A stretch of DNA of 63,814 bases, the filler included, from Octopus bimaculoides (Eukaryota), in the NCBI RefSeq assembly GCF_001194135.2. It is 5 parts of 5 records of this genome, joined end to end, with 100 filler letters (N's around TTAATTAATTAA, not from the genome) between each part and the next. Parts side by side here need not be neighbours in the genome. Positions count along the whole stretch, not along the records: positions 28,272 to 51,227 come from NC_068984.1; positions 51,328 to 55,407 come from NC_068989.1; 3 more parts are not named here. One strand, given 5' to 3'. The position numbers and the translations under genes are program-made. Shown here one piece after another: positions 39,524 to 53,154 of the stretch (its first letter is position 1; each line of letters opens with the position of its first letter). The notes beneath the pieces were generated by a model. That model was not told the origin of the DNA and did not search any database. It worked only from the letters and a program-made list of their open reading frames with translations.

Positions 39524-41439
39524 CTTTCAAATCAACCGTTATGTGTGTGTGTGTATGTGTGATCTTTAGCTTTCTATTACATATCCAATGTTTTATTAGA
39601 AACCACACTCCTATGGTCAGGTACGAGTTTGCATAATTTATTTTCACCAACGGTTCTTACCTCAAGAACTAGGGTGATTCCTCCATGTGGTCACACAATC
39701 TGCTAGAAATAGCAACCAAGTCACATTCAAACCACAATTTAGTATCTCAAAAATAAACACGTTGCTTATGTCTAAAAAGACGTGACATCTTTCATTATAC
39801 ATCTACTAGGTGAAGTTGGCTTTGTGTTAAAGAAAAACTACATCATCCCTTGACTTGCTGCAATCAAATTTCCTTCAAAGAAAAACTAACCACCTTTTTA
39901 AAAAGGGAATGATACATTGGATAATTTAGTCCAAGCTACATTTTGCCTAGAAAAAGACAGGATAATCATGGCTGGAAAGTCCGTGATTTGTAGACACAAA
40001 TCGGTCAGAGATGAACTGGAGTTTAGACGACAACAATAACATGTAGAAAAAAAAAAGCTTTAATTTCGTTGTAAAACGATCTNNNNNNNNNNNNNNNNNN
40101 NNNNNNNNNNNNNNNNNNNNNNNNNNNNNNNNNNNNNNNNNNNNNNNNNNNNNNNNNNNNNNNNNNNNNNNNNNNNNNNNNNNNNNNNNNNNNNNNNNNN
40201 NNNNNNNNNNNNNNNNNNNNNNNNNNNNNNNNNNNNNNNNNNNNNNNNNNNNNNNNNNNNNNNNNNNNNNNNNNNNNNNNNNNNNNNNNNNNNNNNNNNN
40301 NNNNNNNNNNNNNNNNNNNNNNNNNNNNNNNNNNNNNNNNNNNNNNNNNNNNNNNNNNNNNNNNNNNNNNNNNNNNNNNNNNNNNNNNNNNNNNNNNNNN
40401 NNNNNNNNNNNNNNNNNNNNNNNNNNNNNNNNNNNNNNNNNNNNNNNNNNNNNNNNNNNNNNNNNNNNNNNNNNNNNNNNNNNNNNNNNNNTTTTTTTTT
40501 TTTTTTTTTTTTTCATCCTTTTTTTTTCCTGTTTTCCCATCTATTTTGTATATGTTAAACAATTCACCAGAGAAATGAAAGTAGATATTACGAAAATTGA
40601 GCAATAAGTAATAGCTCCGTGATTTCTACCTCATTAAATGGAGGAAATTTGCCGCTGTCATATCAATCGGGAAAGTATTAACATATAAAGGTAATAGTTA
40701 GCTTGCAGCTATAACAGTTTAGTCTGATGGTGAAATAGATATTTCATTAAGCCAAAAATAAAAAATCTTACATGCTTCATGCAATATTCATGAAAGATCT
40801 TCTAAAGTTATTATACAAAAGAAAGAAAAAAATAATAATATACAAACCTATATATGTTTCTTATACTTCAAAAACTCTAAGATTAACGAAGCATATCAGT
40901 ATATAATTTAAGATTCTGATACCATGTGCATTATCTGTTTTGTATTTCTATACCGTATTATATAGAACTGGTTGATTGCGTGATTAATATTTTTTGTTAA
41001 ATCGATATTTTTTATTAACCACTTCGAAATGGTTGACTTAGATGAAGTATTGATTAGCTATTTGTTAGGTAAAAAGATTTTAAAAAAAGACAAAGTTTAA
41101 GAAAATAGGTAATGGTCTACGTCAGCAAAAAGTTATACTGTGACATTTGTGAGTTTAGATTTACTTTTTTGCTTGCTATGTTCGGAGGAAGGGGCAGTGC
41201 CTGTAGCCTTTTCTGGCTCTCCTGAACCAATTAGATCGATGACATTGATTTTTCAACTTGACCTAGCAGATGTATAATGAAAGAATGTTCTGTTCTTTTT
41301 AGACATAGTGTATGTAGTGCCATATTATGCAATGTGTTCGTTTTTGAAACACTGAGTTGTGATCTGAAGTGACTAGGTCACTATTTCTAACAAACTGAGT
41401 GACCACATACAGACATTTAAGTCAAGACATGAGCATTTT

Positions 41440-41860
41440 AAATCATGTTTTACTAGCTAAGAGGGATTTTTCATTAAAAGTTTTACCTTCCTTTTTCTGA
41501 AAACACCATATAAACTTTTGGCTCTTTTTGAATTACTATCATGTTTATCTGCACGCTACGCTGATTCTGATCTTCAGTCTATACAGTCATAAGTCCTTCC
41601 ATTTTAAGCATCATATTAGATCAACTGAAAAATAAGGTCCTGACTGTCAACGGAGTAGCTTCTTAAGCACTTGACATAATTCTCTCTCTGTTGTCGCATA
41701 TTGTTCCCACTGTAGACGTTGCAAGATATAATGTTTTGGCAATACAACTTAGTTTTACTTTCGCATCAAGTCTTTTTAAAGCATCAAGTTTAATATCCAG
41801 TGTAATCCCTTTACGGTTCCGTTTTACATTATTGCTTTCAGGTCTACTTGATACCTTCTT
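41440..41860 (-). mobile_element. Tigger/pogo transposase N-terminal (CENP-B-type HTH) relic
   Basis: KRNRKGITLDIKLDALKRLD..IAKTLYLATSTVGTI..KMEGLMTV*TEDQNQR..AKSLY..ASKT*F, with in-frame stops. Confidence 0.8.
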
Positions 41861-42416
41861 TACAGATATCTTAAATTAAAGGCAAATCCAACAGTAGAGA
41901 CGATTAATTATCCACAACAAATAAGTAGTCAAAAAAAAAATAGGAGTAAGAAAGACCTGATTTGTCAGAGTGGGAAATTATCTTATTTCTACTGATGCAA
42001 TCATGAAAATGAGAAGGAAAAATGAATGACTGGGGAAGAGAAAGTACTATATGACTACAGTTAGCTGAAGCTTCCCCAGATTTTTAGACAATTCACCCCT
42101 TACACGTCTGACTTAAGACATAAGTACACACACACACACGCACACCTANNNNNNNNNNNNNNNNNNNNNNNNNNNNNNNNNNNNNNNNNNNNNNNNNNNN
42201 NNNNNNNNNNNNNNNNNNNNNNNNNNNNNNNNNNNNNNNNNNNNNNNNNNNNNNNNNNNNNNNNNNNNNNNNNNNNNNNNNNNNNNNNNNNNNNNNNNNN
42301 NNNNNNNNNNNNNNNNNNNNNNNNNNNNNNNNNNNNNNNNNNNNNNNNNNNNNNNNNNNNNNNNNNNNNNNNNNNNNNNNNNNNNNNNNNNNNNNNTATA
42401 TATACATATACATATA

Positions 42417-42733
42417 TAAAACCACCGTCGGTCATTCTGTCATGGATGACCATGGGATTGAACCTAGAAAGTTCCGGGCAAGGTTGTTTATGAAAGAGCA
42501 GCAGATGCCCATGCATACTAGTCTCCCCTTTCCACGCTAACGATGTTATCCAATGGAAAGAAAAAGGCCGATACAGCTTGACACCAGTGACGTCGCAACT
42601 CATTTCTACAGTTGAGTAAACTGGAGCAATGTGAAATAAAGTGTCTTGCTCAAAAACACAAGACACGGCCCAGTCTGGGCATCGAATTCGTTACCTCGTG
42701 ATTGTGAGTCCATGTTTCTAATCATTGAGCCAT
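42417..42733 (-). mobile_element. tRNA-derived SINE, third family (C)
   Basis: A-box-like TGGCTCAATGATTAG, B-box-like AATTCGATGCC, then TTGAGCAAGACACTTTATTTCACATTGCTCCAG. It differs from families A and B. Confidence 0.6.
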
Positions 42734-42776
42734 ATGTATATATGTATGTATGTATGTACATACGTACGTACGTATG

Positions 42777-42810
<34 letters not shown>

Positions 42811-44039
42811 TATGAATCTGACAAGCCTCTGCACAATTTCCTTTCATCTACCACGTGTCATTCGTAAACCATTTTAAGTTGAAGCCATCAAAGACACTTG
42901 TCCAACGTAAAGTGCCGTGTGACCGGACTCAGGACTACACAGCGAGCTTCTTAATTCCTGGGTCATGTCGGATTGAGGCCTTTCACTTTACGTTTCACAT
43001 GTCTTCCGTATTCTACTTTGTCTCCAATGCGTTAATGTTTCCATTGCCGTATATCTCATACAATGTAATTTTTTTTCTTTCCGCGTCTACATCGTTATTA
43101 TAGGAAAAGGAAGGAGAATGGAGTTTCCTCTCACAAATCATGATGTCAATAGTTTCAAATTAGTTGATTGATGATATTTTTGGCGTGTACAAAATTGATA
43201 ACTAGAAATGTATTTCTCTTCTTCGCAAGATAGTAAAGTACTCTAAATGTAAATTGTTACCGCAATCTTTCTTGTTGCCATTCAATAAACTGAAACGAAA
43301 AAAAAATTGAGCAATAATATTACATTTAATATAAAAATCGTATTAAATAGGTAGAGTTGGAAAACGCTGTGTATGATACGTAGGGTTGTTTGGGATAAAT
43401 TGTTTTCCTTGTTTTCTTCCCAGTGAGCTTTGGAATAATTGATTTACTGTATTTAGCTTAGTAGCAGTAAAATAAACTGCAGACTTTTCAAACACTTATA
43501 GCCTTCTCTTTTTTCAAGTGAGTTACTTTGGAAAAGATTTCAAAATTATTGGCAAATGAGTGGTGAATTAAGATTCCAAGTTCAATGTTTCCTTTCATTC
43601 TTCTTGAACTTGGTAAATAATTAAGAAAGAAAATTTTTAATTTGCTAATCAGTGTATTATTTCACGTATGTCAATGCGCGATACGCAGCCGTTTCTGCAG
43701 CTGCCCACTTGACTTGCACATTTCCACCATATCTCCCTCTCACGATATTCACCGGATCAGCCTGATCCCTCTTCTGAGAATGTTCATAACTGCGGGTCAG
43801 ACACATTAGATTGTTCCATGCACTTCTTTTTTTCTTTTTCTTTCTTTTTTTTGTGTAAGCCTGACATTTTAAAACGATTTATCTCCAGGCGTTTTTTTTT
43901 TTTTCTATCTTCGTTTTCTGTCTTCAGTTTGTACCAGTCTTCTGTCTTCGTTTTTCTTATTCTTCTATCTTCTGTCTCTTCTTTTCTGTTTTCTTCCAAA
44001 CTTTTAGCTTGTAGTGAACCAACAAGAAAAATGGATGAG

Positions 44040-44410
44040 AGTGATAATTCAAAGCCGTTGGAAAAGTCGTGGACGGGCAGTAATGTGAAGAAGGATTATA
44101 TTATGCGTCGGAATTTGATTGAAATATATTTGACAACGTCCCTACCATCAGCCTACATTATCTATTTCTTGCAACAAAACTGTCATCAATTATTGGTCAA
44201 GCTTTTAGCCATTACTGTAAAGTCTTACACTATATCGCCACGATACATACAAAGCCGCGGTAATGACGTCAGCAGAACATACAGCCTTTCACTTGAAAAT
44301 GTGGTTGCAATAACTTCCACATTTGATCAATAATTACCATACTTTTCGTCAACCTAATTATTTCAAAGGTTTCACCTGAATTTCTTTTACGATTCTGCAC
44401 AAAAGGGGGA
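44040..44410 (+). mobile_element. Possible piggyBac-like transposase relic
   Basis: Weak ordered motifs NIFDNVPTISL, ENVVAITST and PEFLLRFCTKGGE, compared with piggyBac DNxFTS, NVxLLST and YNxTKGGVD. Confidence 0.3.
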
Positions 44411-44894
44411 GAATAATACATTCTAATAATTTAACTAATAACCCAGCGTGTCGGATTTAAAATAGTAAAGGAACATTTTCGGACGAAAGAATGGAATATT
44501 ATGAAAGCTTCTTCAAATTGCTGAAAAGAAGTCTTTAATTAATTCCTGTGAGTGGCGTGCACTGTAAGGCAAGCCAAATCTTCGGTCCATATTCGATTCA
44601 CGGTTGAATTAACTCTCTTCTTTTATACTACTAATGCTATTAGGAACACTCGCTGAAACTTCACAACTTGACATTTTCTCCGCCTTCTCCTCGGAATGTT
44701 GAATAGCAGAAACGATTAATTCGACCTCATTATTTCACTGATATTTATTTTATCAGCGCCGGGTGAGTGAAAGGAAAATTAACCTCGGTGAAATATGAAC
44801 TCTGAGCATAAAGAAACTCATCGTGAAAGACATTTTGTTCGACGCTCAGCCACTTCAGTCATAATGATTTCTACTTTAAGCACACGGACATAAA

Positions 44895-45052
44895 TTTGTG
44901 AGGAACTTGACTGATACTTTATTTTATCGACCCCGAAGAGATGAAAGGCAAGATTCATCTCGGCAGTATTTGAACTCAGGACGTAAAGGGACAGAATAAT
45001 TACTGCAAAGTACTTTTTCTGACTCTCTACCGATTCTGCTAACTCACCGCCC
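44895..45052 (-). mobile_element. SINE family B
   Basis: TTTTATCGACCCCGAAG...TTTGAACTCAG...CGATTCTGCTAACTCACCGCC. Confidence 0.8.
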
Positions 45053-45371
45053 TCTATAGATAATAATGATGACGATGATGATACTTTCTTTATTGACCAC
45101 CAAGACCGAACGCAAAACATAGATGACGATACACGGACGAAGGACTGTGAGGTTAAATGTGTCAACAGCAAACAACGATTAACAGAGAAATTAAATCAAC
45201 AATATGCTTCCCCAATAGGAGTGAGTTCCACCGTAAGATGACCAAAGAGACCTCATGCACATTGGACCCCTTAACATCAAAGGCTCCTCAGGAAAACACC
45301 CTCTCCTCTCCCTTCCGTCCTCACGCACTTTGGACCCCTTAACACCAAAGGCTCCTCAAGAAAGCACCCTT

Positions 45372-45895
45372 CCATCTGTGTGGCAGCAAAAAAGAAACAA
45401 TCTCACATGTGAGTGAGTGTAGCAAACTGGCCCAAAAGCATTATAGAAGGAGGCACGATAACGTGGCTAAGTTTATTCACTGGAGACTGTGTGAAAAGTA
45501 CGGTCTGAGCATAGCATGGAAATGAAACAAACATGAACCAGAGGGTGTCACTGAGAACAATGAATATAAGATCCTATGGGATTTTACAATCCAATGTGAC
45601 TCCCTAATCGATGATCGGAGACTAGACATAGTTGTGGTCGAGAAAAGAAAAAAGGAAACCTGGGTCATAGATATTGTCACACCTGGGGATGCACGCGTAG
45701 ATAACAAAGACATAGTAACGATGGAGAACTACAAACTACTAAAAGACGAAATTGCAAGAATGTGAGCAATTAGGAGAGTAACAGTTATACCAGTAGTTGT
45801 AGGGGTACTCGGAGCACTAACAACCAAGTTCGAGAAATATGTCGGAGAAATTGGAAAAAAAATCTGCTGAAGACAGCTAGGTTTTGAGATTGGTG
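45372..45895 (+). mobile_element. R4/Dong-like RLE non-LTR element, fragment 1
   Basis: CGSKKETISH..CSKLAQKHYRRRHDNVA (CCHC knuckle); KILWDFTIQCD; LDIVVV..VIDI; IPVVVGVLG. Confidence 0.9.
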
Positions 45896-45944
45896 CATGG
45901 GTATTGAGTGTCTGCCACGATCAGTTAGCATCCAGTTAACATCG

Positions 45945-47105
45945 AGACAATGGAAAAGAAATGAAAGAGAAACTGAGGATATAGTATTTCCGAAGACTGA
46001 GGCTGGTGTTGCGCTCAAAATTGACTGGATGGAATAAAATCCAAGCAGTTAATACGCGGGCAATAGCATCAGTTTGGTCTGGAGCGGGAATCATAAAATG
46101 TAAAAGGAGAGAAGTGAAGAAAATGGATACCAAGACCAGAAAAATGTTGACAGTATACAGAGTCTTCCACCCTAAGAGTGACACCGATAGGCTGTATTTG
46201 TCCAGAAGAAACGTGGGAGAGGTTTGATCAGTTGCCGGGACTGTATCGAAAGAGAGGAAAACAGTTTAGAGTAGTATATAAAAAATGCCGTGAAACCGCT
46301 GCTGAAATACACGAAGAAGGCCGATGTCATCAAAACTGAAAATTGTATAACTAAAGAAATGAACAGAAAAAAGAAAACGTACGGTCAGTTCGCAAGAGAT
46401 GTGAACGCGAAGACAGATACAGAGGACGGTTGTTATGGATGAAGAGTGACCTGAAGATAGAGACAGAAGCACTCATATGCGCAGCTCAAGAACAAGCATT
46501 AAGGACCAGCTATATGAAGTGCAGAATAGACAACACTACCGATAGCGACAAATGCAGAATGTGTGGTGAGAAGGATGAAACGGTATGGCACTTCGTTAGT
46601 GAATGCCCGAAATTGGCACAACGCGAATACAAAAGACGCCATGACAATGTGGCAAGAATGATCCATTTGGAGCTCTGTGGAAATTACGGCCTTCAAAGAG
46701 CAAAGACGTGATATGAGCAAACTCCAGAAGGAGTCACCGAAAATGAGAATTGCAAAATCCTGTGGGATGCAATGATCCTGTGCGATCATCCGACCAGACA
46801 TCTGAAACCGGACATTGTTGTGGTGAATAAAAAAGAAAGAACATGCATGATAATCGACATAGCATGCCCCGGTGACAACACGATCAATGTGAAGGAAGAA
46901 AAAATAAGCAACTATGAAGATTTGAAATAGGAAATACGAAGGTTGTGGTCAACGAGAGTAGACGTGATACCAATAATAATTGGTGCACTTGGAAGTATCA
47001 GCACTCAACTACCAACATGGCTGGAAAAGATTGGTGCAAATATGAAGGTAGAACACCTACAAAAATCAGTAGTGCTTGTAACTTCAAAAGTTCTTCGAAG
47101 GGTCA
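45945..47105 (+). mobile_element. R4/Dong-like RLE non-LTR element, fragment 2
   Basis: RRLRLVLRSKL..NKIQAVNT; DTDRLYL; ETEALICAAQEQAL; CRMCGEKDETVWHFVSECPKLAQREYKRRHD; PDIVV..IIDIACP; VIPIIIGALG. Confidence 0.93.
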
Positions 47106-47221
47106 ACAAGTGTCTGCTGGCTGTGGACAGCTGACAATTTCTATCATACCCAGCAAACGAAGCTCACCTCAAGGAACCTTGTGACTGCCATCAACATATG
47201 GGCTGTTACTTTAGTCCGCTA

Positions 47222-48350
47222 TAGTACACCCATCCTGAGATGGACACAAGCGGAGATCGACCAATTCGATCGCACTACCCGAAAGTCAATGACAATGCAT
47301 GGTGCTCTCCACTCTTAGGCAAATATACATAGGCTCGACATGAAGAGAGATAAGGGTGGAGGGGGGCTGATTAGCGTACGGGAGTGCCTCAACAGTGAAA
47401 GAAGAAACATGGCAGAATATTTGATAAACAGCAAAGAAGACCTGCTACAGGTATGCTGCTAATGCAGAAGGAGTTAACAAAACTGGACTTGAGAGTACTA
47501 ATGAATTCCGAACAAGAACAGCCAACGGGAGAGAAGAAACCCTACTCCGTATGGAATTACATGATCAGTTCCACCGTGAAACCAACAAATTAAAAGGCCA
47601 TGAAACATCATGGAGGTGGCTAAAAAAGAATACTGAAAGCCTAATCATCGCGGCTCAGGACCAGGCATTGAATACCAACTCAGTGAAAAAGAATATATAC
47701 CACACGAGTGCATCGGGCCTCTGCAGAATGTGTGGGAAGAGGGTCGAAAGTGTGACTCACATTGTTAGTGCTTGTGAAAGTCTTGCGCAGAAAGAGTACA
47801 AGCGTAGACAAGACAAAGTAGCCCAAAACCGCCATTGGTTACTATGCGTAAGTATGGATATAAGGTTACGGGTGCTTCGTACCAACATGCACCAGAAAAG
47901 TGGAGGTCAAAAATCCTCTGGTACTTTGATTTCCAGACAGACAAAGTATTAGAGCACCGAAGGCCAGATATAGTAACCTTTAGGAGAGACAAACAAGAGT
48001 GCCTAATAATAGATGTAGCAGTGTCAGGAGATCAACACATCATCATGAAAGAAAATGAAAAAGTTTATAAATATGGAGAACTGAGAATTGAGATCGCTAA
48101 GATGTGGCAGCTACAAGAGTTATCCCTATTATCATCGGAGCATTAGGTTCAATACCATCCAATCTGAAAAAAACATCTGAAAAACTTAGAAATACCCTAC
48201 AATCTAGATGTATTGCAAAAGTCGGCATTACTTGGAACTGCATGTGTATTGCGTAAAGTACTGTCTGTCTGAGGTCCTTGTTGTGACTTGACAAACAGTC
48301 CAAACCCCTGGTAGACACAATATCTTCAATCAACAACCTCATAATAAGTT
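47222..48350 (+). mobile_element. R4/Dong-like RLE non-LTR element, fragment 3 with 3' UTR
   Basis: WTQAEIDQFDRTTRK; GGGLIS; TESLIIAAQDQAL; CRMCGKRVESVTHIVSAC; RRPDIV..IIDVAV; QKSALLGTACVLRKVLSV* (stop at 48270-48272). Confidence 0.93.
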
Positions 48351-48396
48351 TAATAATAATAATAATAATAATAATAGTAATTATAATAATAATAAC

Positions 48397-48723
48397 TGTT
48401 TCAAATGATGGCACAAAGCCAGCAATGTTAAGAGAGGGTGTAAGCCGATTACATCGATCCAGGTTTTCAACTGGTACTTATTTTACCGACCCCGAAATGA
48501 TGAAAGGTACAGTTGAACTCAACACGATTTGAACTCAGAACGTAAAAAGCCGGAAGAGATTCTTCCGAATCTTTACGCATTGAGTTCAAATACTGCCAAG
48601 ATCAACTTTGTCTTTCATCGTTTCGAGGTCGACAAAAACAAAATACCAGTCAAGTACTAGGGTCGATATAATTGACTTAACTCCCTCCCCGAAACTTGCT
48701 GACCGTGTGCCAAAATTCGAAAC

Positions 48724-48777
<54 letters not shown>

Positions 48778-49502
48778 TTACATGAATGCGAGAACCCTTT
48801 GTATCCTCTTGTGTTGTCTCTTATGTATAATTCATATTAGCTCTTGTGGCCAATAAAAGAATGAATTACTACTACTACTATTACTACTACTACTATTGGC
48901 AGTGAGCTGGGAGAATCGTTAGCACCACTGGACTAAATGTTTAGCAGTAGTTCGCCCGACCTTACGCTCTGAGTTCAAATTCCTCCGAAGTCGACTATAC
49001 CTTTCATCTTTTCGGAGTCCATAAAGTAAGTAGCAGTTGAACACTGGGGTCGATGTAAACGACTCTTTCCCTCCCCAAAAATTGCTGCGCTTGAGACAAA
49101 ATTTGAAACCATTAATACTACTACTACTATTATTATTTTCTTGAATAGGCATCTAATTTATATTTAATATTGGAGATATTTTCATTTATCCATATTGTTG
49201 ATATCCATAATTAACGTCTCTATACATTTCTCTTTTTCTCTCTCAGTTTCTCTTCCTCTCTGAATTTATATGTGGCTGTGTGGTTAAAGGCGAATCCGAG
49301 CTGGCAGAATCGTTAGCAAGCTGGGCAAAATGCTTTGCGATATTTCATCCGTCTTTATGTTCGAATTTTGCCGAGGTCGACTTTGCCTTTCATCCTTTCG
49401 GGGTCGATAAATTAAATACCAGTTGAGTACTGAGGGTTGATGTAATCGATTTACATCCGCACTCGAAATTTTAGGCTTTGTGCCAACATTTGAAACCAAT
49501 AT
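48397..49502. mobile_element. Cluster of four SINE family B copies (about 48397-48570 minus; 48575-48724, 48897-49112 and 49286-49502 plus)
   Basis: Repeated B-box and TTTCATC..GGTCGA..AAGTACC central motifs. The copies are separated by (ATT)n/(ACT)n runs or unique sequence. Confidence 0.85.
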
Positions 49503-51227
49503 TTGTTCCGATTCTCAGTACTTACTGAGTTCAAATCCAGTCGAAACCAGGGTTATCTGCCATCATTTCGGTATCGATAAGAACAAGTTAAATCCAGGTT
49601 GCCGGATTATGGAAATTGTAAAAGAGTCAGACCGGATACCGTGCTAAACTTGTTTCAGTTTTTTTTTTGTTTTTTTTTTTTTTGCCTGTATGTAAATTAG
49701 GCTTCATCCGTCTTGTCTGGTTTAACACCACCACCTGGTGCTCCGGATGCCTTCAATGGGTCCACTTTGATGCAAGCATTCGTGTCAGATATTCAGTCAG
49801 GCGATACCGCTTTATGTTTCGACCAGCCCATAAAAGTTCATGGACACCACCTTCCTTCTTGACTAAAACATAGAAAAAGCAATTCTGTATATGTTTACAG
49901 TGTAAATGTAATTATGTGAGGTTTTCTCTCATGTAGATGTAACTATGTGAGGGTTTCTGTTTATCGCGGTATAGTTTGTTCTAAAAGAACACCCACGTTT
50001 AAATGGGAATAAATATTACCTCTGAGTATTAAAATTGTCTCTGTCACTTATATGTATTTTGTAACTATTAAATATTGTTCATGTCTATAGATAAGGTCAA
50101 CAGATTGTAATTTGAGGTAAATCTAGTTGTTATTACTTGAAAATCCAAAAACGGTATACAAAACCCCCTTCATTACTTTGTTGTTGTTGCAGCTGCTGCT
50201 GCTGTTGTTGCTGTTGCTGTTCTTGTTGTTCTTGTTGTTTAGCTCTAAGTCGGCGCTTGTCGAGCGGTTCGATGAACAAAAAACTTTCAAGCCGCCGTGG
50301 CTACCACGCCTTACTATCAAGAATTCTGAAAGCCGGATTACATTAACAAATACGTCCCTTTTCAAAAAGAACAGTAGAGTGTGGTTTCAGAGAGATTTGG
50401 CCGCTATTTTAAACAAATTGAATGACCATGTGGAAGTTCCTTCGTTGACTTGTTATTGGTACTGCTGCTGTTACTGCTGCTGCTTTTAGTCCCATTGTAT
50501 TTCGATGTCGTGGTTTCAATCGATTTCTACTCCCGCCCATAACTTAATAGTCAATAGAACTGACAATGTCAATCTAAAACAGCTATGAAAAAAATAGAAA
50601 AGCATGTGAGGAGAGGCTAGGGTACGGATGTTGGGAGAGGAAGATAAATGCTTCTTTTCAAATACTGAAAATTGTTAAAGAATTTGCAAGAAACAGAACC
50701 TTAGTTCGTTATCGTCAATACCACTTGTTGCAAAATAGCACTCCAGGATTATAGAATTTTCTGAATAAATAGGTTTGTTTGAATATTTTGTATGGATGCA
50801 TAAGTGTGTGTATGTGCGGATGTACATCCATGTATATAGTCATTCATGCATGTATATATATCTGTTAGCTTCCATTTTTTTAAAACTATTTGGATTCTTC
50901 CTATAAAGACGGAGCTCATTTCTAAGAAAGAAGCAAGTTTCTGTCGCTGGAATTTCGATAATTACGGTAAATAGTTACATATATGTACGTACGCATGCAT
51001 GTATGGTATGTATGTATTACGTATGTATGTATGCATACATATGATGTGCATGTGTGTATGCATGTGTATGTGTGCAATGTAACTCCATCTGTTTGCGTCT
51101 GTTTGTTCATGTCTTAACAAGAGGTCATTTTCAATTCGAAAAGTTAAAAACCATGAATCTGAGGTGAGGTGACTAATTTGGTAATTGTGTTTACATGTGA
51201 GTGTATGTATGCATATATATATATATA

Positions 51228-51327
51228 NNNNNNNNNNNNNNNNNNNNNNNNNNNNNNNNNNNNNNNNNNNNTTAATTAATTAANNNNNNNNNNNNNNNNN
51301 NNNNNNNNNNNNNNNNNNNNNNNNNNN
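51228..51327. other. Assembly join linker
   Basis: 44N-TTAATTAATTAA-44N. Confidence 0.95.
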
Positions 51328-51531
51328 ATGCATACATACGTACATACATACATGAATACATACATACATACATACATACATACATTGAGACATACACGTA
51401 CACACATAGAAATCTATATCTATAAAGACTTCTTCCATTTTCTTGCGCGTCAAACTAATACACCTTGTCCGTTGATCCTTCATCTGTTTCTGTTTTTTAG
51501 CTTTGTATAAATTTGAAACATATATAATATA

Positions 51532-51564
<33 letters not shown>

Positions 51565-51884
51565 TGAACCTCCGACGGTCGATGTCGAGGAATCAGTAAT
51601 TTGATCAACTAAATTATCTTCTGCAGTGACAAGGCAATATCTTATCAAAGAGGTATTCTATACAGTTCCCGCCAACCTAGTTTCACCTTCAAGTTATGGA
51701 TTGACCAAGGATGCAGAAACTAGCACTAGTCCAAAATTCCACTCAATGCTATCGGATTTGCTACGATTCGGCCATAACGATCAACAGTATTTTTTTAGAC
51801 CTTGTTTTGAAATGAAGTTTCAAATTACCGCTGTTATTGGCTTCACCGTCCTTGTCTCTGACGATGACGACAATCAAGATCATG

Positions 51885-52095
51885 GAGGATGGTGATGGTG
51901 GGGGTGGACGTGGTGGTGGTAGCGGTGATGATGGTGACAGTAGTAGTAGTAGTAGTAGTAGTGGTAGTAGCAGCAGCAGCAGCAGCAGCAGCGGCAGTAG
52001 TAGTAGTAGTAGTTGTTGTTGTTGTTGTTGTTGTAATAGCAGCAGCAAATATAGTAGTTGCAGTAATAGTAAAGTTAGTTGTTCTGTTGTTGTTT
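51885..52095. repeat. Compound trinucleotide array (GGT/GAT)-(AGT)-(AGC)-(AGT)-(TGT)
   Basis: Read directly. It is the source of the poly-G/S/C/V/A pseudo-ORFs. Confidence 0.92.
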
Positions 52096-53123
52096 AGCCC
52101 CAGTAGACCCATGAACAAGGCAATCTAACTGCTACAGTCCCATGCTTTTCTTTCCATTAATTTTAGACTCCTGACCACATCGACCAATGCGTCTTCTCTT
52201 CGTCTTTTAAGAGCGTTATGTACGATAGGATGGAAATTTAACGGCTACCTCCATCAAGATGGACAAGAAGCTAACATTAGAAATCATAACTATCTTCGCC
52301 ACATATCTCTATCATTTATTTTCTGTAGCACAATTCTCGTGTGGCTACACTCGTTATGATCAATATAACCAATTTATGATCGATACGGAGCAATTTATGA
52401 CATGGTCCCATTGGTCACTCTGGTTAGTAACTTCGATATCATTCATTACATCGTTTGATTGGTTTAATATTTAAATATGGCCCAGTGAATGTAGGCATTT
52501 AGTCTCTTCTATTAAGGAAACATAGACTTATGGGTTCCCATGCATTGCGTACTGACTTTTGCTATCAGTGTTTTAGTTAAATTCCACATCATTTGGCAGT
52601 TACGTTTGTTAAAATCTTGTGGTGAGTAGATAAAATGATCGATTTTAGTTGGGTTGCCAGGTTGGACTGTATGTATTATATTGCTCTTGAGCACTGCATG
52701 GTGTATGTGTGTTTGTGTGTAAAGATATATGTCTGTATATATAAAGTGAAAAATATAATGGATAAACACTCCAATCGGTCAAAACAACAATATATCATTC
52801 TCAAATGATCCTAAATCGAATATAAATGTATATTAAAACAACAGGGCACCCTATGGTAAAACCCAACAGTATAAAATATATACATACACACTAATGAAAG
52901 GTGATAAAACCCAAAAGGGTAATGCGAGTAAAGTCGAAGGAATTTGAGCTCATAACATAAAGACGGACAAAAATGCCGGCAAGCCTTTTGACCAAGTCTT
53001 ACGATTCCGACAATCCACCGCCCAACAATGATGACAATGACGATAATAATAATAATAATAATAATAATATGGAATAAAGTAATGCATAATAAAAGCGATA
53101 GCAATTTAAGGCAATGGAGCTAA

Positions 53124-53154
<31 letters not shown>

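Noticed and set aside
52150-52350. About 65-codon open frame on the + strand after TTTTAG
   Set aside because: No donor, no homology recognised, and it lies in an isolated 4-kb block.
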